64,000 bases of DNA. Origin: Clostridiaceae bacterium (GTDB lineage Bacteria; Bacillota; Clostridia; Saccharofermentanales; DTU023). The position numbers were made by a program, and so were the translations under genes. The stretch covers positions 2,324 through 66,323 of the forward strand of contig DUOO01000028.1 in the NCBI GenBank assembly GCA_012838795.1, in the 5' to 3' direction. Below, in pieces: positions 55,848 through 64,000 of this stretch (the stretch's first letter is position 1; the number at the start of each line of letters is the position of its first letter). The notes under the pieces are model-generated. The model saw only the letters and a program-made list of their open reading frames with translations. It searched no databases and was not told the DNA's origin.

Positions 55848-56780
55848 ATGAAAAAGATTTTTATTGATGGAAAAGCCGGTACTACCGGATTAAGAATTTA
55901 TCAACGATTGAGTATCTATTCGGATATTGAATTGATAACCTTAAGTGATTCGGAAAGAAAAGATACTGCTGCCAGAAAAAGAGCGGTGAATCAATCGGAT
56001 ATTGTCTTTCTCTGTCTGCCGGATCAAGCGTCACGAGAAGCAATAACTTTACTTGACAATCCGGAAACAATTGTTTTAGATACATCAACCGCTCATCGAA
56101 CAAATCCGGATTGGGCCTATGGTTTTCCTGAATTATCAAATCAACATCGTGACAAAATAATCAATTCTAAACGAATCAGTGTTCCGGGATGTCACGCATC
56201 AGGATTTATAGCATTAATCTATCCATTGGTTGAATCCGGTATTTTACCACAATCGGCATATTTGAGTTTTCATTCTTTAACAGGTTATAGTGGTGGCGGC
56301 AAGGCTATGATATCCGAATATGAAGATTCCGGCAGAGATAATTCTTTAGATTCTCCGAGACAATATGGCTTAGGGCAGAATCATAAACATCTGATCGAAG
56401 TTAAAACAATTTCCAAACTCGATTATCTGCCACATTTCAGTCCGATTGTTTCCGGATTTTACAGCGGTATGCTAGTAACTGTACCTCTTTTTAAAGAGCA
56501 ATTAATTCCCGGAAAAACAATTGAAGACGTAATTGATATTCTTAAACAAAAATATCAGGGACCAATTGTTTCTTATACCGATTCTTTAGATGTTGACGGT
56601 TTTATTGCATCCAATAAACTTCAGGGAAAGGATAGTATGCAAATTACCGTAGCAGGCAATTCCGACAGAATTCTACTGTTGAATGTTTATGATAATCTCG
56701 GTAAAGGTGCTTCCGGGGCTGCTATACAGTGCTTAAATCTCATTTTAGGTAAAGAAGAAACATATAGTTTGGAATTATAA
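55848..56780 (+). CDS. argC: N-acetyl-gamma-glutamyl-phosphate reductase (short, uncommon-form ArgC)
   Basis: IFIDGKAGTTG, catalytic VPGCHASG, NLGKGASGAA. Confidence 0.85.
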   Translation: MKKIFIDGKAGTTGLRIYQRLSIYSDIELITLSDSERKDTAARKRAVNQSDIVFLCLPDQASREAITLLDNPETIVLDTSTAHRTNPDWAYGFPELSNQHRDKIINSKRISVPGCHASGFIALIYPLVESGILPQSAYLSFHSLTGYSGGGKAMISEYEDSGRDNSLDSPRQYGLGQNHKHLIEVKTISKLDYLPHFSPIVSGFYSGMLVTVPLFKEQLIPGKTIEDVIDILKQKYQGPIVSYTDSLDVDGFIASNKLQGKDSMQITVAGNSDRILLLNVYDNLGKGASGAAIQCLNLILGKEETYSLEL

Positions 56781-56871
56781 TAAAACAAATGTGAAATTAT
56801 TATTATATTAGTTATTGTTAAATGATAAGTGAAAAAATAATTAAAACGGAGAAATTGTAAAAGGAAGAAAA

Positions 56872-58083
56872 ATGGAAATTATTGATCAAGGTGTTTGTGC
56901 ACCTCAAGGATTTAAAGCTTCGGGCATTCATGCAGGAATCAGACAAAACAACAACAAATTGGATTTAGCTTTAATCGTCAGTGAAACGGAGGCCGAAGCT
57001 GCAGCAGTATACACGAAAAACCAAGTGAAAGCAGCACCCTTATATTTAACTCAAGAAAATTTATCTGACGGCAAAGCCAGAGCAGTAATCTGTAATAGCG
57101 GAAATGCAAACGCTTGTACCTCGGACGGTGAAGTAATAGCACGACAAACTTGTCAATTATTAGCTGATCAATTACTGATCAAACCGCAAGATGTTATCAT
57201 TGCTTCTACCGGAGTAATCGGGCAACGTCTTCCGCTAAAACCGTTTCGTGAAAATATACCCAAATTAATAGCTGATTTAGGGAATAAGTCACATTCAGCT
57301 GCTGAAGCCATAATGACTACTGATCTCAAAGTCAAAGAAATTGCCGTTAGCTTTGAAATCAACGGTTTTGAATGTAAAATCGGCGGTATAGCCAAGGGAT
57401 CGGGTATGATTCATCCCAATATGGGAACCATGCTGGTATTCATTACAACTGATTGTGCCATCAGTTCAAAAATGTTGCAAAAAGCATTGTCAACCGATGT
57501 TGAAGATACTTTTAATATGATCAGCGTTGATGGCGATACCTCGACTAATGATATGGTTTGTATATTGGCTAACGGTTTGGCCGGCAACCCGAAAATTGCT
57601 GATGAAGGGCCTGAATACGAAATATTTACTCAAGCTTTAAATTCAGTCACGGTATATTTCAGCAAAATGATTGCTGCTGACGGTGAAGGTGCTACAAAAT
57701 TGTTGGAATGTAAAGTAACAGGTGCGGCTTCGAAATTTGATGCACGTAAAATAGCAAAAAGTGTTATCAGTTCTTCTTTGGTTAAAGCGGCATTTTTCGG
57801 AGCTGATGCCAATTGGGGCAGAATACTTTCAGCAATCGGTAATAGCGAGGCGAAGGTTGATCTATCCAATATTCAAATTGCTCTCAAATCAAATAAGGGA
57901 GAAATTGTTGTTTGTGAAAACGGTATGGGTGTGGATTTTTCCGAGGATCTGGCAAAGGCAATTTTGCTGGAAGATACTATTACAATTTTAATTACCTTAA
58001 GCCAAGGGTCAGATTCTGCCATTGCTTGGGGATGCGATTTAACCTATGATTACGTGAAAATCAATGGTGATTATCGTACTTAA
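56872..58083 (+). CDS. argJ: Bifunctional glutamate N-acetyltransferase / amino-acid acetyltransferase
   Basis: GFKASGIHAGI, autoproteolysis site GMIHPNMGTMLVFITTD, INGDYRT C-terminus. Confidence 0.9.
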   Translation: MEIIDQGVCAPQGFKASGIHAGIRQNNNKLDLALIVSETEAEAAAVYTKNQVKAAPLYLTQENLSDGKARAVICNSGNANACTSDGEVIARQTCQLLADQLLIKPQDVIIASTGVIGQRLPLKPFRENIPKLIADLGNKSHSAAEAIMTTDLKVKEIAVSFEINGFECKIGGIAKGSGMIHPNMGTMLVFITTDCAISSKMLQKALSTDVEDTFNMISVDGDTSTNDMVCILANGLAGNPKIADEGPEYEIFTQALNSVTVYFSKMIAADGEGATKLLECKVTGAASKFDARKIAKSVISSSLVKAAFFGADANWGRILSAIGNSEAKVDLSNIQIALKSNKGEIVVCENGMGVDFSEDLAKAILLEDTITILITLSQGSDSAIAWGCDLTYDYVKINGDYRT

Positions 58084-58210
58084 TATATCGAAAACAATTA
58101 ATAATCTTCAAGACAGTGTTACTGAATTAATTTTTGTTTTTGCACAATTTTGCATAATACAGTAACTTAATAAAAAGATGTATAGATAATAAATTAAGTA
58201 AGGATGAAAT

Positions 58211-59065
58211 ATGAATTACTCAAATGAAGAAAGAGCTAATATCTTGGTTCAGGCTTTGCCTTATTTTCAAAGCTACAATGGTAAAATTATCGTTGTTAAA
58301 TACGGCGGCAATGCAATGATTAAAGAATATTTAATCGATTCGACTATGCGCGATATTGTACTTTTATCATTAATCGGAGTAAAAGTTGTACTAGTTCATG
58401 GCGGCGGTATTGAAATTAATGAAGTGTTAACCAAAATGAACATTCAAAGTGATTTCGTTAACGGCCTTAGAGTTACTGATGAAGAGACCATGCGCGTGGT
58501 ACAAATGGTTTTAGCAGGTAAAGTAAATAAAGATTTGGTAAATCTGATTCATACTAAGGGCGGCAAAGCAATCGGGCTTTCCGGTATTGATGGTCATATG
58601 ATCAAAGCAAGCGTCAAAGATCCGAGTTTAGGTTATGTCGGAAAGATCGAAGAAGTTAATGTGCAGCCGATTCTTGATGTTCTTGAAAAAGGTTATATTC
58701 CGGTTATTTCAACGATCGGATGTGATGCTGAAGGAAATATTTATAACATTAATGCCGATACGGCTGCAGCAAAAATCGCAGGTGAATTAGCTGCCGAAAG
58801 TTTAATTACAATGACTGATATTTCCGGAATCTTACGAGATGAAAAAGATCCTTCAACTTTGATTCCTGTTGTAACTTTAAAGGATGTTGATCGATTAATT
58901 GCCGATCAGGTTATTACCGGAGGTATGTTACCGAAAGTTGAATGTTGTACCAACGCACTGCGCTGGGGAGTGAGAAAAGTATTTATTGTTGACGGCAGGA
59001 TTCCTCATTCATTATTAATTGAAACTTTAACCGATTCCGGAATAGGAACAATGTTTGTCAAATAA
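58211..59065 (+). CDS. argB: Acetylglutamate kinase
   Basis: VVKYGGNAM, LVHGGG, NINADTAA, GGMLPK. Confidence 0.9.
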   Translation: MNYSNEERANILVQALPYFQSYNGKIIVVKYGGNAMIKEYLIDSTMRDIVLLSLIGVKVVLVHGGGIEINEVLTKMNIQSDFVNGLRVTDEETMRVVQMVLAGKVNKDLVNLIHTKGGKAIGLSGIDGHMIKASVKDPSLGYVGKIEEVNVQPILDVLEKGYIPVISTIGCDAEGNIYNINADTAAAKIAGELAAESLITMTDISGILRDEKDPSTLIPVVTLKDVDRLIADQVITGGMLPKVECCTNALRWGVRKVFIVDGRIPHSLLIETLTDSGIGTMFVK

Positions 59066-59091
59066 ATTTAAAATTACGGAAAGAAACTGGT

Positions 59092-60276
59092 ATGAATATT
59101 AAAAAAAATGATCATAGATATATTGCCAATACCTACAATCGTTTTCCCGTTGTTATCAAATATGGCAAAGGCAGCTTTGTTTATGACGAGAATGGCAAGG
59201 AATACATTGATTTATCAGGTGGAATAGCCGTTAATACTTTCGGTTTTGCGGATCAAACATGGATTGATGCAATTACCAATCAACTACAGCAGATACAGCA
59301 TACTTCAAATTTATATTATACTGAGCCTGCCGTTAAATTGGCTGAAATGTTATGTAAAAAAACTAACATGCAAAAGGTCTTTTTTTCAAACTCCGGTGCC
59401 GAAGCTAATGAATGTGCAATTAAAGTTGCCCGTAAATATGCTGCAGACTTGAAAGGCAAAGATTATTATACAATTATTACTTTAGAAAACAGTTTTCACG
59501 GTCGGACAATTACGACTTTGGCGGCAACGGGACAATCGGATTTCCATCAAGATTTTACACCGTTAACTTCGGGTTTTGTTTATGCACGAGCAAATAATTT
59601 CTCTGACATTGAAAAACTGGCAGAACAAAATCAATGTGCTGCCATCATGCTTGAAGTTATCCAGGGAGAAGGCGGTGTTAATCCGCTTAATCAAGAATAT
59701 CTTCATCAGGTAGCTGATTTCTGTGTTAACAACAATTTATTGTTAATTACTGATGAAGTCCAAACAGGCAACGGTCGTACAGGTGAATTATTCGGATATA
59801 TGAATTTCGGATTGAAGCCGGATATTGTCACAACGGCTAAAGGTTTAGGCGGAGGCTTGCCGCTTGGCGCAACCATTTTGGGCGAAAAAGTTCAAAATAC
59901 TTTAACACCCGGTACGCATGGCTCTACATTCGGGGGCAATCCTGTATGTTGTGCGGGAGCAATTAATATTTTACAGAGAATTGACGACAAATTATTAACC
60001 GAGGTAAAGCATAAATCTCAATTTGTAATTAGTTCTTTGCACAATTCCAAAGGAATAAAAAGCGTTACCGGTTTAGGTTTGATGCTGGGAATCGAAACTG
60101 AGAGAAATCATAATGACGTCATCCGGGAGTGTTTGGAACAAGGCATTCTGGTTATTTCTGCTAAAAATAAAGTAAGATTATTACCGGCCTTAAATATTCC
60201 GCAGGAAGTATTAGGTACAGCAATAAATATAATAAAGAACGTATGTGCAAAAACAGATTTAGAAAAGATGAATTAA
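59092..60276 (+). CDS. argD: Acetylornithine aminotransferase
   Basis: Class-III aminotransferase: NSGAEANE, FHGRT, DEVQTGNGRTG, PLP-lysine TTAKGLGGG. Confidence 0.85.
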   Translation: MNIKKNDHRYIANTYNRFPVVIKYGKGSFVYDENGKEYIDLSGGIAVNTFGFADQTWIDAITNQLQQIQHTSNLYYTEPAVKLAEMLCKKTNMQKVFFSNSGAEANECAIKVARKYAADLKGKDYYTIITLENSFHGRTITTLAATGQSDFHQDFTPLTSGFVYARANNFSDIEKLAEQNQCAAIMLEVIQGEGGVNPLNQEYLHQVADFCVNNNLLLITDEVQTGNGRTGELFGYMNFGLKPDIVTTAKGLGGGLPLGATILGEKVQNTLTPGTHGSTFGGNPVCCAGAINILQRIDDKLLTEVKHKSQFVISSLHNSKGIKSVTGLGLMLGIETERNHNDVIRECLEQGILVISAKNKVRLLPALNIPQEVLGTAINIIKNVCAKTDLEKMN

Positions 60277-60278
60277 CT

Positions 60279-61271
60279 ATGGATTTAAGAAACCGCGATT
60301 TTCTCCAAATCATGGATTTTACACCTGATGAGATTAAATATTTATTAAAATTAGCTTTAGAGTATAAGGCGAAAAAACAAAAACGTATTCCGCATAGGGA
60401 ATTTGAAGAATACAATATAGCATTAATATTTGAAAAATCAAGCACACGCACCAGGTGCAGTTTTGAAGTTGCCGCTCATGATCTCGGTATGGGTTCAACC
60501 TATATAAATTCAAACAATTCTCATTTGGGAGTAAAAGAGAGTATTGCTGATACGGCAAGAATTTTGTCAGGCATTTATGACGGTATTTGTTATCGCGGTT
60601 ATGAACAAGAAATTGTCGATGAGTTAGCTGAGCATGCTTTGGTTCCGGTTTGGAACGGACTAACCAATGAGGCGCATCCGACACAAATTTTAGCAGATTT
60701 TATGACGATAAAAGAAAAATTCGGTCGTTTAAAAGGTGTAAAAATGGTTTATTTAGGCGATGCACATTATAATATAGGGAATTCATTATTAGTTGGAGCT
60801 GCAAAAATGGGTATGGATTTCACCATTGCTGCACCTAAGGATTTTTATCCTACTCCGGAATTAATTTACGAATGCCAAACAATAGCTGAACAGACAGGAG
60901 GCAAATTGAGTTTTGAAGAAGACATCCAAAAAGCGGCTGTAAACGCCGATGTGCTCTATACTGATGTTTGGGTATCCATGGGTGAACCGGAAGAGTTCTG
61001 GATACCGAGAATTAAGCAATTAGCCCATTGTCAGGTAAATAAGGAATTAATGGCTATAGCAGGTAAAGATGCAATATTCATGCACTGTCTGCCGGCATTT
61101 CATGATTTGAAAACTGCTACTGCAAGAGAAATTAATTTAAAAACCGGTATTGAAGAAATGGAAGTTACCGATGAAGTTTTTAATAGTGAACAATCTTATG
61201 TATATCAACAAGCTGAAAACCGTATGCATACAATCAAAGCGGTAATGGCTGCAACTATCAATAAAGTATAA
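60279..61271 (+). CDS. argF: Ornithine carbamoyltransferase
   Basis: STRTRCSFE, HPTQ, DVWVSMG, HCLPA. ATG 60279 follows the argD stop (track start 60243 overlaps argD). Confidence 0.9.
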   Translation: MDLRNRDFLQIMDFTPDEIKYLLKLALEYKAKKQKRIPHREFEEYNIALIFEKSSTRTRCSFEVAAHDLGMGSTYINSNNSHLGVKESIADTARILSGIYDGICYRGYEQEIVDELAEHALVPVWNGLTNEAHPTQILADFMTIKEKFGRLKGVKMVYLGDAHYNIGNSLLVGAAKMGMDFTIAAPKDFYPTPELIYECQTIAEQTGGKLSFEEDIQKAAVNADVLYTDVWVSMGEPEEFWIPRIKQLAHCQVNKELMAIAGKDAIFMHCLPAFHDLKTATAREINLKTGIEEMEVTDEVFNSEQSYVYQQAENRMHTIKAVMAATINKV

Positions 61272-61305
61272 GAGTATTTTGAACCTAGAGGATATTGTTT
61301 AGATC

Positions 61306-62748
61306 ATGAAAAGAAAATATGCCGATTTTAAAAAATGGTTAAAAAATAAAAAAATTGCAGTAATCGGACTTGGGATCAGTAATCAGCCATTACTTAAATT
61401 ATTGGCAGAACAAAATCTGAACATCTCCGCTTTTGATAGAATGCCCGGAGATTCTGATCTTGCTGTTCAATTAAAAGAAGAATATAAAACTTCGGACTAT
61501 GCAATAAAGTGGTATTTAGGTGAGGATTATTTAGAGTATCTGTACGGTTTTGATCTGATTTTCCGAACACCAATCATGATGCCTTATAATAAATATCTTT
61601 TGGCAGAAAAGGCAAGAGGTGCAATCATTACTTCTGAAATGGAAGTTTTCCTTGAATATTGTCCCGGCAAGATTTTCGCAGTAACAGGTAGTGACGGGAA
61701 ATCAACAACTACCAGCTTAATTTATGCAATGCTTAAACAGCAGACCGATGATGTATATATCGGGGGGAATATAGGCAGACCGTTATTGGCTGATCTTGAG
61801 CAAATGACGGAGCATTCAAAAGCAGTTCTGGAATTATCAAGTTTCCAATTAATTGATCTGCAAATAAGTCCTGACGTTGCAGTTATAACTAATGTAACAC
61901 CCAATCATTTAGACGTTCATCAAGATTATGCTGAATATGTAAAAGCGAAAAAACAAATTTATCGTCACCAATCCAATCGGGATAAAGTAATCTTAAACGG
62001 TAAATTTTCTGATTTTGCTGCTGACTGGTCTAACCTGAAAGGTGAGATAATTTGGTTTAATCAAAGATATGAAGAATGCACTCATCAAGTTTTTCAAAGA
62101 CTGAATGGTCAATTAGGCTTTTGTCCAAGAGGATCAAATGAATTTGCAACTTTAATAAATGAGAATGATTTGCATTTAATGGGTGATTTCAATTTAGAAA
62201 ATTGTTTAGCTGCTATGGCTGCAGTACAGGACGATGTAAGTTTAGATAATATAAAGATTGCAATACAAAATTTTCATGGTTTAGAACATCGCCTGGAATT
62301 TATTCGTGAAATTGATCAAGTTAAGTTCTATAACAGTTCAATTGACAGCTCGCCGGAACGCAGTAAACATACATTATCGGCCTTTATCGACCAAGGAATT
62401 CCTACGGTATTAATTATGGGCGGTAAAGATAAAAACTCCGATTATCGCGGTTTAGGCAGAATTATTGCGGCCGCCACTGATAAATTAATCCTTTGCGGGG
62501 CGAATTCTGAATTAATTGAAAAACAGGTCCGAAAAGAGGCGCATTTAATCGGCAAATCGGTTAGTCTGATGCAAATAATTCATTGTAACAACTATGAAGA
62601 TGCCTTGGAAAAAGCTTGTCGATTGGCTATGCCAGGTGAATCTGTAATTCTCAGTCCTGCCGGAACATCGTTTGACAGATTTAAGAATTTCGAAGAACGG
62701 GGCAGATATTTTAAAAAGTTGGTAAACAATCTTTTCGGCGGACACTAG
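61306..62748 (+). CDS. murD: UDP-N-acetylmuramoyl-L-alanine--D-glutamate ligase
   Basis: VTGSDGKSTTTS, NVTPNHLDVH, GLEHRLE, GGKDK. Confidence 0.9.
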   Translation: MKRKYADFKKWLKNKKIAVIGLGISNQPLLKLLAEQNLNISAFDRMPGDSDLAVQLKEEYKTSDYAIKWYLGEDYLEYLYGFDLIFRTPIMMPYNKYLLAEKARGAIITSEMEVFLEYCPGKIFAVTGSDGKSTTTSLIYAMLKQQTDDVYIGGNIGRPLLADLEQMTEHSKAVLELSSFQLIDLQISPDVAVITNVTPNHLDVHQDYAEYVKAKKQIYRHQSNRDKVILNGKFSDFAADWSNLKGEIIWFNQRYEECTHQVFQRLNGQLGFCPRGSNEFATLINENDLHLMGDFNLENCLAAMAAVQDDVSLDNIKIAIQNFHGLEHRLEFIREIDQVKFYNSSIDSSPERSKHTLSAFIDQGIPTVLIMGGKDKNSDYRGLGRIIAAATDKLILCGANSELIEKQVRKEAHLIGKSVSLMQIIHCNNYEDALEKACRLAMPGESVILSPAGTSFDRFKNFEERGRYFKKLVNNLFGGH

Positions 62749-62811
62749 CAGTGACTTTCACAATTCGCCTGAATTAACTATAATAAAATAAATTAATCTG
62801 AAAGGTCTGTC

Positions 62812-64000
62812 ATGCTGAAAAAAGACGATAAAAAATTTATACTGATGGTTCTCGGAATTATAATTGTGGCATTAATCATTGTCGCCAAAATTGATTCCGT
62901 TACTGCTTTTATCAGCAAATTTTTCGGTCTTTTATCACCTTTATTGCTCGGGTTTTTGATAGCATTATTATTAAACAGGCCAATTGAAATTTTCAAAAAA
63001 CAATTTAGAAAATTTCCGTATTTTAATAATCAAAAAGCTAAAGTTCCGGCGATTATCTTGGCTTATTTATTATTTACCGGGATATTAGTCGGTCTGGTTT
63101 TAATTATGATACCTCAATTGGTGGATAGTTTCGGTGAATTCATCTCAAATTTCGATCGATATTCGGCAACTTTTTCCAAAACGATAAATACTATCTCCGA
63201 TTGGCTGGAACAATATAATATTGATCCTGAATTGATTTCCAATATTGGTGACAAAGCCCAGGATGCCATCGGTAATTTAGTTGCACAATTGCCGGCCGTT
63301 ATCAGTAAGTTATTCTCCGGTGTAGTTTCCACTGTTGCATCATTTTTCTTAGGATTGATTATTTCTATATATATAGTATCTGATAAGAAAAATTTAAAAC
63401 GTCAGTTAAGCCGTTTCAGTAATGCAATAACTCCTCATAAAATTCAACCACATCTACAGCATGTCTCATATGTGACTCATAAGATTTTATCCGGTTATGT
63501 TTATACTCAAATAACAGAAAGTTTTATTTTAGGAGTAATGTGTTTTATAGGATTGGTTATATTCGGTTTTCCATATCCCTTAATTATCAGTGTAGTGAAC
63601 GGCTTGTCCGTGCTGATTCCGGTTGTCGGTGCTTGGATTGGCGGTATATTCGGCGCAATTATCATTGTTTTTGTAAAGCCTCAAATGTTGCTTGGCTATT
63701 TTATCTTTATTATGGTTGTACAACAGATTGAAAATAATTTAATTTATCCGAGACGGGTCGCAGATTCATTAGAATTACCTCAATTATGGGTTTTGATAGC
63801 TATTACGGTTGCCGGCGGTTTGTTCGGAATAATGGGAGCATTACTGGCTGTTCCTATTGCTTCGATCATTTATCAACTGATTGAAGATTGGATTGAACTC
63901 AAAGAACAGAAGACTCGTTTGCATATTAATGAAAAAAGCCAAACTGTCAGTCAAGAAAAGAATGAGCAGCAATCTGAAGATTCAGGTCCTGATATATCCG
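62812..64000 (+). CDS. AI-2E family (PerM/UPF0118) transporter, 3'-partial at the window end
   Basis: Hand-translated from the ATG at 62812, with no in-frame stop through 64000. Multi-TM, with the family-typical VQQIENNLIYPR and LFGIMGALLAVPIAS. Absent from the ORF track because it has no stop. Confidence 0.75.
   Translation, partial: MLKKDDKKFILMVLGIIIVALIIVAKIDSVTAFISKFFGLLSPLLLGFLIALLLNRPIEIFKKQFRKFPYFNNQKAKVPAIILAYLLFTGILVGLVLIMIPQLVDSFGEFISNFDRYSATFSKTINTISDWLEQYNIDPELISNIGDKAQDAIGNLVAQLPAVISKLFSGVVSTVASFFLGLIISIYIVSDKKNLKRQLSRFSNAITPHKIQPHLQHVSYVTHKILSGYVYTQITESFILGVMCFIGLVIFGFPYPLIISVVNGLSVLIPVVGAWIGGIFGAIIIVFVKPQMLLGYFIFIMVVQQIENNLIYPRRVADSLELPQLWVLIAITVAGGLFGIMGALLAVPIASIIYQLIEDWIELKEQKTRLHINEKSQTVSQEKNEQQSEDSGPDIS

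Overview
This 64-kb window looks like the chromosome of an AT-rich Gram-positive anaerobe (Bacillota, Clostridia-like). That guess rests on gene content and order only. I support about 58 protein-coding genes, 4 tRNAs, one frameshifted regulator and several promoter and terminator signals. Most of the window is ordinary, tightly packed core genome, in these blocks:
- efp, asp23, amaP, DUF2273, nusB, xseA, xseB, ispA, nadK, argR, recN
- rny, ymdB
- lspA, rluD, two DUF881 genes, phoH, pgpH, ybeY, era, recO
- a parE/parC-like type IIA topoisomerase pair, then ispH and yqeG
- an argCJBDF operon followed by murD
- a PPi-dependent phosphofructokinase and a membrane H+-pyrophosphatase.
I found no transposase, integrase, CRISPR array, restriction-modification system or known multi-gene defence system, and no clear-cut novel multi-gene system. 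The places that deserve a second look are:
1. A stand-alone 870-aa fusion of a PD-(D/E)XK nuclease module to an Fe-S XPD/DinG-type helicase (49583-52195).
2. A 92-bp tandem array, 3.7 copies, of terminator-shaped modules downstream of metY (15509-15850).
3. A more GC-rich two-gene ECF sigma cassette next to the 3' end of tRNA-Leu(CAG). It is preceded by an orphan promoter plus terminator unit, and the sigma partner protein has an atypical topology (53423-55354).
4. A TetR regulator broken by two frameshifts, divergent from a metallophosphoesterase and lipoprotein-serpin pair (12274-15425).
5. Large low-complexity insertions in otherwise conserved proteins.
One real gene, an AI-2E family transporter starting at 62812, is missing from the ORF track because it runs off the window end. 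Everything here comes from reading the sequence and the translations. No searches or computations were run, and the few counts given were made by hand.
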